Assembly (NCBI GenBank): GCA_037444445.1
Contig: JBBIMK010000007.1
Coordinates: 4,592 to 68,591 of the forward strand
Length of the DNA: 64,000 nucleotides
DNA from: a bacterium
GTDB taxonomy: Bacteria; UBP7; UBA6624; JBBIMK01
Direction of reading: 5' to 3'
Below the pieces are notes generated by a model. The model worked only from the letters and a program-made list of their open reading frames with translations. It had not been told where the DNA came from and did not search any database. Shown piece after piece: positions 9,683 to 17,870 of the stretch; within the stretch, counting starts at the first letter, position 1; each line of letters opens with the position of its first letter. The position numbers were made by a program, and so were the translations under genes.

Positions 9683-11104
9683 CTACGCAGAAGATAGAAT
9701 GTCCTGGATGGCGTTTCTGACGGCTTCAGGGGTTCCCGTCACTTCGTATTGAACGGATTTTCCTTTACCGAAACTACGGAGGAGACCCTTCTGAATCAGG
9801 ATATAAGCCACGAGGTGAATGCGGAAACGGTAGGAGCGTTTCCACCCCAGAGCCTTGACGATGTCAGCGGTGCTAAAAGGTCGGGCTTGCTCTCCGGTGA
9901 ACTTTAACATCTCCTCCGTAACCTGGCGGAATTCATCAACGGAGCAACGCTGTTCGTATATTTTCCCCTGCAAGTCCGAGAGGGTTCGGACGATAAACGA
10001 ACCCCGTCGAAACCAGCCGGTGCCTTTTAAAGGGAGAGAGCCTGGAGCCGGGCGCTTGGACTTTCGGACTTCCTTCCCGGGGACCGGTATCCCTGGAAGG
10101 CCCAGAAATTGGTCTTTCAGCTTTTGCATCGTTTCCAGGACATCAAATAATTTTTTGCCCACTTCCGTCTGAACATTTTCAGCGGCTTTATGAATTTCCG
10201 CCCGAATAACATCTTCCAGCGATTGAAACCACTCTGCAAATTTTTCTGGAGTCACGCTGGGTCCTGACTTTTCCAATCTTTTCATTCTTGAGCCTCCTTC
10301 TACCCAGATTCTTTCTTCCTTCTTCTCTCTCCCCGGGGTTTGAAAAGTGGACCGCCACTTCCGAATTTCTTCCACGAGTTCCGGATGGGACAAAAGGAAG
10401 GGCATCCACCGCCCCGCTCCATTGATATTCATCACATAATCCAGCACATACAACTTAGAATACCGGACGATGGAGTTTTCCTGCAGGTAGATTTCCCCTC
10501 TGGGACGGGTAATAAATTGAAGACGTGGAAAGGCAGAAAAAGACTCCGGGTGTTCCACCTGGGTATGAGGATATGTGACATGATTGGGATGAATGTTGAG
10601 GGATTCCAGCTCCTTTTGTGTGAGGGCACACGGAAGACTCATTCCCAGTTCACGCCGAGAAACACCGAGGAAGGATTCCACCGCTTCCACGGGAAAGAGA
10701 AGGCGCCCATTGGTTTCCTGTGCTGAAATCCAGTTCGCAGAATGCCACTGATGAACCAGGGACTCTTCTGCCTTCAAAAAACTTGCCAGGGTTGAAATAT
10801 CCCAAAACATGGGAGGTTCTTCATACGGCGGTTCCTTCTGTTCAATGAGGGTGACCACCGGGATTCCCACGACTTCCAGCGCATCCAGACGATAATGAGA
10901 AAAGAGGAACTGTATTAAATCCCGGGATATAACCTTGCGTAGGGGTTTTTGATGCCCTCTCCGGCGAATCTCTATCACTCGCAAACCTTTGGTGAAAAAA
11001 TATTCCAGATTCTCCATGGTAAATGGCGTTCCTTCTACAATTTCTTCAACCGTATAACTGAGGCCTTCCATTGGCTTCATTTCTAACACTGTCAATTTTA
11101 CCAC
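9683..11104 (-). CDS. hypothetical protein (473 aa) with C-terminal winged-helix-like segment
   Basis: Long ORF with no overlap conflicts. No recognisable catalytic motif. The C-terminus (TADIVKALGW...LVAYILIQKGLLRSFGKGKSVQYEV) resembles a wHTH. Confidence 0.55.
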   Translation of the reverse strand: MVKLTVLEMKPMEGLSYTVEEIVEGTPFTMENLEYFFTKGLRVIEIRRRGHQKPLRKVISRDLIQFLFSHYRLDALEVVGIPVVTLIEQKEPPYEEPPMFWDISTLASFLKAEESLVHQWHSANWISAQETNGRLLFPVEAVESFLGVSRRELGMSLPCALTQKELESLNIHPNHVTYPHTQVEHPESFSAFPRLQFITRPRGEIYLQENSIVRYSKLYVLDYVMNINGAGRWMPFLLSHPELVEEIRKWRSTFQTPGREKKEERIWVEGGSRMKRLEKSGPSVTPEKFAEWFQSLEDVIRAEIHKAAENVQTEVGKKLFDVLETMQKLKDQFLGLPGIPVPGKEVRKSKRPAPGSLPLKGTGWFRRGSFIVRTLSDLQGKIYEQRCSVDEFRQVTEEMLKFTGEQARPFSTADIVKALGWKRSYRFRIHLVAYILIQKGLLRSFGKGKSVQYEVTGTPEAVRNAIQDILSSA

Positions 11105-11191
11105 CTCATCTTACCCAATTTATATAGTATATAGTATAATTTATAGATGATGCAACTTCAAAAGAAAAAGTGAGTTTATAGTAGGTGGGAT

Positions 11192-11812
11192 GTGGGGATT
11201 TACGAACATTATAGTGATGAAGAAATTATGGCACTGGTGAAAGGAGGAGAAACGGATGCTTTTGAAGAGATTTATGACCGGTATGAGAAACGGGTTTATA
11301 ATTTTGTGCTTCGCATGGTGCCCACAACTCAGGAAGCAGAAGATGTAACTATGGAGGTATTTCTAAGAGCCTTTGAAGCTGCCCCCCGGTATACCCCTCA
11401 GGCGAAGTTAAAAACCTGGCTTTACCGGATTGCTTTTAACCTTTGCGCCACAGCGGCAAAGCGCCGAAAACCTCTCATTTCTCTGGATAACCCCCTCCGG
11501 TCGCAGGAAGACAGCGAGGAAGAGCTGGAATGGCAAGTTCCGGATGAACATTCAGACCCAGCCGAGGAAGCGGAAAAAGCGGAACTGCGAGAAGCCATCC
11601 AGAAAGCTCTCCAGTCTCTGCCTGTGGACCAGAGAACGGCTATGACCTTGCTGGTGTATGATGATTTTTCTTATGAGGAAATTGCAGAAGCCATGAAATG
11701 TACTGTGATGGCGGTGAAAGCGAAGATTCACCGCGCTCGTCTTCATCTTCGCTCCCTGCTGAAACCGTTCTTGCCAGAATCGTCGGAAGGCGCACAGGAG
11801 GATTTTTTATGA
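11192..11812 (+). CDS. RNA polymerase ECF-type sigma-70 factor
   Basis: Region 2 motif (VYNFVLRMV...EDVTMEVFLRAF...TWLYRIAFNLC). Region 4 HTH (LPVDQRTAMTLLVYDDFSYEEIAEAMKCTVMAVKAKIHRAR). GTG start after an AGGTGG RBS. Confidence 0.85.
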   Translation: MGIYEHYSDEEIMALVKGGETDAFEEIYDRYEKRVYNFVLRMVPTTQEAEDVTMEVFLRAFEAAPRYTPQAKLKTWLYRIAFNLCATAAKRRKPLISLDNPLRSQEDSEEELEWQVPDEHSDPAEEAEKAELREAIQKALQSLPVDQRTAMTLLVYDDFSYEEIAEAMKCTVMAVKAKIHRARLHLRSLLKPFLPESSEGAQEDFL

Positions 11813-12276
11813 ATAAAATTTCCCTGACTTGCAAAAAATTTCAGGGGGATTTTGTTCCTTATCTGATGGGAAAATTAGAGCCCCCAATCTCCCGTCGTCT
11901 GGAGGAACATCTGAGCTGTTGCAAGAATTGTCGCACAGCCTTCAGGGATGAAACAGTATGGTTAAATCTTTTGAAAAATGCAAAGGAGGTGAATCCACCC
12001 CCCCGGCTACGGACCCGGGTAGAAAGAAGATTGCAAAGAATCCAACGGCCTCCTCGTAGAAGAGTTAACCCCTGGGTATGGAAAGGGGGAATGGCTCTGG
12101 TGTTCACCTCTATCTTATTGCTCCTCGTCCGGTTTCCGTGGCGCAAGAGCACTCCTCCCACGGGTCCAGAGCCCACTACAATAGAAAAAGCATTCTTTCT
12201 ACAATTTGACGAGCCAAGCCAGGTGATAGCCACTCTGGTTTCTGAAACGATGGAAGGAGAGGCACCCGATTCGTGA
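11809..12276 (+). CDS. anti-sigma factor, zinc-finger (zf-HC2) type, single-pass membrane
   Basis: Starts at an ATGA overlap with the sigma factor stop. N-terminal H...C...C motif (EEHLSCCKNC). Central TM helix (MALVFTSILLLLV). Classic ECF partner position. Confidence 0.7.
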   Translation: MNKISLTCKKFQGDFVPYLMGKLEPPISRRLEEHLSCCKNCRTAFRDETVWLNLLKNAKEVNPPPRLRTRVERRLQRIQRPPRRRVNPWVWKGGMALVFTSILLLLVRFPWRKSTPPTGPEPTTIEKAFFLQFDEPSQVIATLVSETMEGEAPDS

Positions 12277-13247
12277 GACTTCCAAAATTTTCTGGATTGC
12301 AAAATCTCCTTATTTTTCTCCTGATAGCAGGGGCAGGGTTTCCACATCCCTCTCCGAGAGAATTTTCAAAAAAACCTCCCCTTCCCCACTTCACCGCAGA
12401 AATTCAGATTCAAGAAATCATCGGTGAAAAAAAGACTACCCGTCGGTGGGAGGTCCGGTCGCTGGAACACAAACTCTTGTTAGTCGACCCGCAGGGCACT
12501 CATCCGAGGGTACTGGTAGATTTCCTTTCAAGAAAGTTCGTGCTGATTCATCCGAAAGAAAAAATGGTGATGACGGTGAATCCTCCACCTCTATTTTTAG
12601 AAAAAAATGTGATGTGGATTGGAAGGATTCTGGCGGAAAGAGGGCGTTTCCGCAGTCCACCCCAGGCGGTGAAAAAAAATTTTGAGCAGTTGCAGGATTC
12701 TGACCTGAAAAAAATCACTCTGGGGCGACCACCACACATCACGGAAGTGTGGATAGACCGGGAAACAGGGATACCCGTCAAAATCCATAAGCAATTCCCC
12801 GAGATGAGGAGGGTGACCGTTCAGATATTGCAATACGATTCGGCATCACCCGCGAATCCGGATGATTTTCTGCCTCCTCCAGATTTTCGTCAGGTTGTAG
12901 TCAACGACCTGCGCCTTCCCCAGCATTTAGAATCTTTTTTAGCGTCTCGCCATCTGCCATTTCGTCTGGAAAAAATGGAGGCAAGACGACTTCAACATTT
13001 TCAAATGAAAACAGGAGGCTTGACGAGAATTTTCTATGTATCACCGGATGGAAAAGAATGGGCGGCAGTGGAGGTGCGTCAGAATCGGTGGGATGCACCC
13101 ATCCCCCCCCTGGCATCTCCTCTCCAGCAATTCCGACCCCTCCTCCGTGTCAGAGGGAATGAAGTATTAGAGTTCCGCACCAATATTCCATTCCCTCGCT
13201 CTAACCGTTTGTTAACCATCTTTGAGGGATTTATCCCTGTCCGGTGA
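12273..13247 (+). CDS. hypothetical secreted protein co-transcribed with ECF sigma/anti-sigma (possible LolA-like/DUF4367-type partner)
   Basis: GTGA overlap with the anti-sigma stop. N-terminal signal-like hydrophobic segment (LLIFLLIAGAGF). No catalytic motif. Confidence 0.55.
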   Translation: MRLPKFSGLQNLLIFLLIAGAGFPHPSPREFSKKPPLPHFTAEIQIQEIIGEKKTTRRWEVRSLEHKLLLVDPQGTHPRVLVDFLSRKFVLIHPKEKMVMTVNPPPLFLEKNVMWIGRILAERGRFRSPPQAVKKNFEQLQDSDLKKITLGRPPHITEVWIDRETGIPVKIHKQFPEMRRVTVQILQYDSASPANPDDFLPPPDFRQVVVNDLRLPQHLESFLASRHLPFRLEKMEARRLQHFQMKTGGLTRIFYVSPDGKEWAAVEVRQNRWDAPIPPLASPLQQFRPLLRVRGNEVLEFRTNIPFPRSNRLLTIFEGFIPVR

Positions 13248-13674
13248 ATTTCGTTTTAGCGCTGGAGAGTTTTACCTGCGCTTTTTGTTGCAAGTCCTGA
13301 AACTCTTTGGCTTTGGCTATATTCTTCATATTGATGGCATCATAGAGAGCATCCACGGCTTGCAATAATAAGTCTACCCCCTCTTCCAGGTCCTGTCGGG
13401 CGGATTGCAGGCTACCAGGAGCGCCAGTGGCTTTGACCTCAGCCTGCACCCGAGACAAAATGCTTTTGGCCTGGGTCAATTTGGGCAGGTTCTCGTCGCT
13501 AAACGCAGGATTTAAAACGCTGGCAGGATTGGCCTGGGCGGCCTCCGCCACCTGGCGAATTAAGTCTCCTGCCTTCATGATGTTTTCCCCCCACTTTTTC
13601 GCTTTTAACTTGTAGCCCAGCGTGCAACCGCCCAGGAAAAGAATGGCAATCATCCAGAGAAAAAGCGTTTTCAT
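13231..13674 (-). CDS. hypothetical all-alpha lipoprotein
   Basis: Internal start MKTLFLWMIAILFLGGC gives a lipobox (LGGC) signal peptide and is preceded by a GGAGG RBS. The mature part is helical and Ala/Gln/Lys-rich. It contains no His, so it is not a b562-type heme protein. Confidence 0.5.
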   Translation of the reverse strand: MKTLFLWMIAILFLGGCTLGYKLKAKKWGENIMKAGDLIRQVAEAAQANPASVLNPAFSDENLPKLTQAKSILSRVQAEVKATGAPGSLQSARQDLEEGVDLLLQAVDALYDAINMKNIAKAKEFQDLQQKAQVKLSSAKTKFTGQG

Positions 13675-13794
13675 TTTCCTGACTTCCACTATCCTCACAC
13701 TCCCATATTTTTCTGATTCGCTTACATTATACCTCATTATGGTGAAAACTCTACTGGATTCAGTATTCTTATCCGATTGAAGAGCATAAAAGAT

Positions 13795-15747
13795 TTAAGT
13801 AGGGGAGAGAGAACGAACCACTTTCAGATAATAGCGGAGGAATAGAAAACCACTGACTGTCAGTAGCGCCCCTTGCGCCAGAAGAGTTTCCAGGGTCGGA
13901 TATAAGCCCAGCAAACCGATTGTGGGAAATCCTTTCAGGAATGTAACTCCTACCCATCCCATATCCTGCAACTCCTGTATACCCTTTCCAATGAAAGAAA
14001 AAGACAATGAATAGAGAAAAAGACTGGTCAGAGAAAAAAATAGACGGAGAGATAATTTGAGCATAAAACGATAAAAAAGAATACCCACAGAGAAAAGAAA
14101 GAGCAATCCGAGGAACAATCCAAACAAAAGGGAAGAAAAATTATGAGAATAAAAAAATAGCGACTGATAGAAGAGGATGGTTTCCAGGCCTTCGCGATAA
14201 ATGGCGAGGAAAGCCACAGAAGCCAGCGCCCACCGGCTCCCTTTTCCCAGTGCCAGCTGAACCTGATGCTGGATATACTTTTGCCAGTTCTGAGCCAGAG
14301 AGTGAGAAATTAACCAGAAGGAAACGGTAAAAAGAACGGCTGCTGCCAGAAGAAGAGTAAAACCTTCCAGCCCTTCCTGATAATTTTTCAGAGTCGCATA
14401 CACAGTTTGAGCCAGCAGGGCTGTCAGGCCGGTCAATACGAGCCCTGTCCCGGCTCCGACAAAAACCTCCCGATAAAATTTTTCCTGGCGGATTCGCTTT
14501 AAGTAAGCCAGAATGGCAACGAGAATTAAAAAGGCTTCTAAACCTTCACGAAAGAGGATCAGGAAAGATTGAAAAATTACCCACCGGGGAGACAGTTTCT
14601 CCTGCATCTGGGCGGCGAATTGCTCCAGTGCTGAAATCCACTTCTCGGCAGCAGAATGGAAAGAATTCGGCTCGTTCACTGCGGATTGAAGTTGATGAAA
14701 CAACGATTCTAATTTCCGGGTGGCAGACGGGTCAGGGCCTTTCAACAGGACTTCGTTTTGCTCAAATTCCATATAGAGGTCATGAAGCAGGGAAGAAGCC
14801 CCCTTGAAATCACCCTTGTCCACTTTCTGTTGAGCCTCCCTGAGAATTTTTATCCATTTTCCCCGGGAAGATAAGAGAATATCCTGAACAGAGGATGTGG
14901 ATGGCAAAAGAAAGGGGTGTAGAATTATCCATTGAGCCAGGACGACGCGTTGAGATTCAGGAACTTTCACTTCTGCAAGGCTCCGGGTAAGATTTTCAAT
15001 GCTTTTCGAGAGAAGGGCTTCGGGAGGGAAAGATTTCCAGCCCGGGGGCAAGAACCGTCCAGCCCATCGCCCTTTCTTCAGCATTGTTTTTTCTTCCGCC
15101 TCCATCAAAAAAAGAGAGAAGACCACAGACCACCGCTCCGTCTCTGATAGAGAGTCAGCGAACGAAGGCATAGGAGTCCCTGAGACGCCCTCCGATATGA
15201 GGGTAAATAATTGCATCGGACTCTTATTCTGAAGAAAAGAAAGGGAAAATAAATTCGGCGGATGGAAGTCGCCTATTTCCGAAGAAGGAGGCCCGTGACA
15301 GGATTTGCAATTATCCGCATAGACTCGTGCTCCCAGGGAAACACTCACTCCCGAAGGCAATCGCCATTCCAGAGGTCCCACATGCTTCTCAAGTAACCGT
15401 TGAAGGGAATTCACCGTATGCTCAACCTGTGGGATAGATGAGCGAGATTCTAATTCTTTTTGCAAGGTCTGAAATCCTTCCGAAAGAGAGGCATAAAAAG
15501 AAAGCTCAAGGGCTATCTCCCTGGCTTTTTGAAAAAATTCAAGGCTCTCCAGGTACTCCTCCTCCCGAGAATCTGGAGAGCCTTGAATGGAAAGGAAGTA
15601 TTCATCGCGAACCAACGAGAGGAGGCGTGCCGTGCGCTGAGCCAGATTCACATTGTCCCGGTTTTTCTCTCCAGCAACTTCTGAGATACCCGAAACGAGG
15701 AAAAGAGTGAGAATAGAGAAAACATAGAAAACTTGCCTTTTGCTCAC
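13795..15747 (-). CDS. cytochrome c - FTR1 fusion: periplasmic monoheme class I cytochrome c domain fused to FTR1/EfeU-type high-affinity iron permease
   Basis: Signal peptide. Single CxxCH (NCKSCHG) with a downstream Met ligand region (GTPMPSF). The C-terminal 7-TM domain carries two REGLE motifs (FREGLEAF and YREGLETI) diagnostic of FTR1 permeases. Confidence 0.8.
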   Translation of the reverse strand: MSKRQVFYVFSILTLFLVSGISEVAGEKNRDNVNLAQRTARLLSLVRDEYFLSIQGSPDSREEEYLESLEFFQKAREIALELSFYASLSEGFQTLQKELESRSSIPQVEHTVNSLQRLLEKHVGPLEWRLPSGVSVSLGARVYADNCKSCHGPPSSEIGDFHPPNLFSLSFLQNKSPMQLFTLISEGVSGTPMPSFADSLSETERWSVVFSLFLMEAEEKTMLKKGRWAGRFLPPGWKSFPPEALLSKSIENLTRSLAEVKVPESQRVVLAQWIILHPFLLPSTSSVQDILLSSRGKWIKILREAQQKVDKGDFKGASSLLHDLYMEFEQNEVLLKGPDPSATRKLESLFHQLQSAVNEPNSFHSAAEKWISALEQFAAQMQEKLSPRWVIFQSFLILFREGLEAFLILVAILAYLKRIRQEKFYREVFVGAGTGLVLTGLTALLAQTVYATLKNYQEGLEGFTLLLAAAVLFTVSFWLISHSLAQNWQKYIQHQVQLALGKGSRWALASVAFLAIYREGLETILFYQSLFFYSHNFSSLLFGLFLGLLFLFSVGILFYRFMLKLSLRLFFSLTSLFLYSLSFSFIGKGIQELQDMGWVGVTFLKGFPTIGLLGLYPTLETLLAQGALLTVSGFLFLRYYLKVVRSLSPT

Positions 15748-15888
15748 CTCTCCATCACCTTGAATAGTGTTTAATTTATAACAGCATCTGTCAAGTTAAC
15801 AGGAATGGTTATTAAATGACTGAATCCCGTATCAAGACAAGGATAAATTGCAGAGGAAGAAAAGTGAGATGAAGGAGATGAAGAAGAA

Positions 15889-15961
15889 TGCCGGGGCCCA
15901 GAATCGAACTGGGGACCCATGGATTTTCAGTCCACGGCTCTACCGACTGAGCTACCCCGGC
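15889..15961 (-). tRNA. tRNA-Phe (anticodon GAA)
   Basis: The reverse complement reads GCCGGGGTAGCTCAGTCGGTAGAGCCGTGGACTGAAAATCCATGGGTCCCCAGTTCGATTCTGGGCCCCGGCA. The cloverleaf has a 7-bp acceptor stem, D-arm GCTC/GAGC, an anticodon loop CTGAAAA and a T-loop TTCGATT. The 3' CCA is not encoded. Confidence 0.9.
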
Positions 15962-16034
15962 ATCGGTTTGCTACACTCTATTGTAGTGTGGAATCTGAAA
16001 AACTTCAAGCCACAATGGGGTGCCCATTGCAAGT

Positions 16035-16847
16035 TCAGACGAATTCAAGGGGACACATTTCAAGAGTGGACAGGAGGGGGCGGTTCTGTTCCGCTCTCCT
16101 CAATATTTCCACCGCTTTAGAGAGAGGAATTTGAAGATGATTGCATACTTCATCCACCGTGCGCTGTCTTTCATAAACTTCAAACAGAAGAGCATCCAGA
16201 GCCGAGTAGCGAAGCCCGATGGTTTTTTCATCTTCTTGCCCGGAAATGAGGCCCTGGGATGGAGGTTTGACAATAATTCGCCGGGGAACACCCAGATAGG
16301 AAGCCAGTTGAAGCACCTGGGTTTTATATAAATTTCCGAATGGAAAAATATCGGCCGCAGCATCGCCGAATTTGATTCCATAGCCCAGCAGGAAATCCGT
16401 CTTGGTTAAACTTCCTAACACGAGGTAGTTTTGCGCCTCGGCATGGAAATAAAGCAATGCGGCACGGATTCGTGCTTTTAAGAATTCGGAGCCTGTACGC
16501 AGATGGTCAAGTGAAAACTGCGTAGGGGACTTTTTTGTAAAAGCATAAATCAGGTCGGAAATGGGAACGATAGTTAGAGGAATAGCCACCAAGCTGGCGA
16601 CTTCTTCTGCGTTCAGAATATCACCTTCAGAGGTAACTCCCTCTTCGGGCATCATCAGAAGACTCAAGGCCTGTGAAAAAGCCTTCCTGGCAATCAGCGC
16701 GAGGGCCGCAGAATCGATCCCTCCGGATAACGCCAGGGCAGCACCATACCGAGAAAGTTCAACCATACGAAGGCGAAGATAACGGATAATTCCTTCTCCA
16801 ATTCTTTGCATTTCCTCATCCGCTAATCGCAGTTCCCGTTTTTCCAT
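16035..16847 (-). CDS. nadE: NH3-dependent NAD+ synthetase
   Basis: PP-loop ATP pyrophosphatase motif SGGIDSA with the typical NadE N-terminal layout. 270 aa. Confidence 0.85.
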   Translation of the reverse strand: MEKRELRLADEEMQRIGEGIIRYLRLRMVELSRYGAALALSGGIDSAALALIARKAFSQALSLLMMPEEGVTSEGDILNAEEVASLVAIPLTIVPISDLIYAFTKKSPTQFSLDHLRTGSEFLKARIRAALLYFHAEAQNYLVLGSLTKTDFLLGYGIKFGDAAADIFPFGNLYKTQVLQLASYLGVPRRIIVKPPSQGLISGQEDEKTIGLRYSALDALLFEVYERQRTVDEVCNHLQIPLSKAVEILRRAEQNRPLLSTLEMCPLEFV

Positions 16848-16927
16848 ACTCGTCTAAACTATTATACCCGATTTGACCTCCGTTATCCAATAGGCTATAA
16901 TTCAAACTGGATGGGAGGTGAAGGGCG

Positions 16928-17845
16928 ATGATATGGGAAAAAAATAAAATCAGGTGGGGAGGAATTCTTATTGGGCTTGGTGCCCTGTGGATTGCCTCGT
17001 GGCCGGGAAATATTCTCCTGGAAAAAGATTCTCTCTACAATCACTTAATCGTGAAAGATGAGGGAGGAAAGCGTATTCTTTACTTTAACAATTTCCCTCA
17101 AACGACGATGTCCTTGAACAACCCCTCGGAAGGGGCCTTTGAATATACGGAATATTTCCAAACGGCCCTGGCTTTTAATCCCAATATACAGAAAATACTG
17201 GTGATTGGCCTGGGAGGCGGGTCCATCCCGAAAGCTTTTAACCGTTATTACCCACATATTACGGTTCACACCGTGGAAATTGACCCTGTGGTGGTGGATG
17301 TAGCCAAACGTTATTTCGCCGTTACCGAGAATCCTCGCCATAAAATTTTTATTGAGGATGGACGAAGTTATTTAAGAAGAACGAAAGAAAAATATGATGC
17401 TATTTTCCTGGATGCGTATGTGGCGGATTACTACGGAGCCTATATCCCGTTTCACCTGGCAACCCAGGAATTTTTCACTCTCGTGAAAAACCACCTGAAC
17501 CCGGGAGGAATTATCGGATATAACATCATCGGAACTCTTTTTGGAGAACAAAAGCAGATCGTTCGAGCCATATATAAAACCCTTTCTTCTGTCTTCGGGC
17601 TTACCTATTACTTTCCTGCAGAGACCTCTATGAATGTAGTGCTATTCGGAATAAACTCACTGGACAAGCCCACTCTTGATACGATTCGTTTGACCGCCCA
17701 GGAACTGGTTCGAATCGGGAAGATTACATCCCCCCACTTCCTCGACAGAACTTATAGAGGAATGGCTGAACCCCTGGAGACCCTGGGTATTCCTCTGCTA
17801 CAGGATAATTACGCACCTGTTGAAACTTTACCCTTAAAAAGATAG
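16928..17845 (+). CDS. spermidine synthase-like (polyamine aminopropyltransferase family) protein with N-terminal TM helix
   Basis: Rossmann motif LVIGLGGGS, with ...VEIDPVVVDVAKRYF and DAIFLDAY matching the spermidine synthase fold. N-terminal membrane anchor. Confidence 0.7.
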   Translation: MIWEKNKIRWGGILIGLGALWIASWPGNILLEKDSLYNHLIVKDEGGKRILYFNNFPQTTMSLNNPSEGAFEYTEYFQTALAFNPNIQKILVIGLGGGSIPKAFNRYYPHITVHTVEIDPVVVDVAKRYFAVTENPRHKIFIEDGRSYLRRTKEKYDAIFLDAYVADYYGAYIPFHLATQEFFTLVKNHLNPGGIIGYNIIGTLFGEQKQIVRAIYKTLSSVFGLTYYFPAETSMNVVLFGINSLDKPTLDTIRLTAQELVRIGKITSPHFLDRTYRGMAEPLETLGIPLLQDNYAPVETLPLKR

Positions 17846-17870
17846 TTCTTTTCTTCTACTTTCCTACTTT

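Noticed and set aside
13231-13737. Helical lipoprotein downstream of cFTR1 as a cytochrome b562-like heme protein or FTR1 partner
   Set aside because: The four-helix-like composition is suggestive, but the sequence contains no histidine and only start-proximal methionines. Heme ligation as in b562 is therefore not supported.
15748-16034. tRNA-flanking region as an integration site or mobile element remnant
   Set aside because: No integrase, excisionase, direct repeat of the tRNA 3' end, or foreign-looking gene content is visible on either side of tRNA-Phe.
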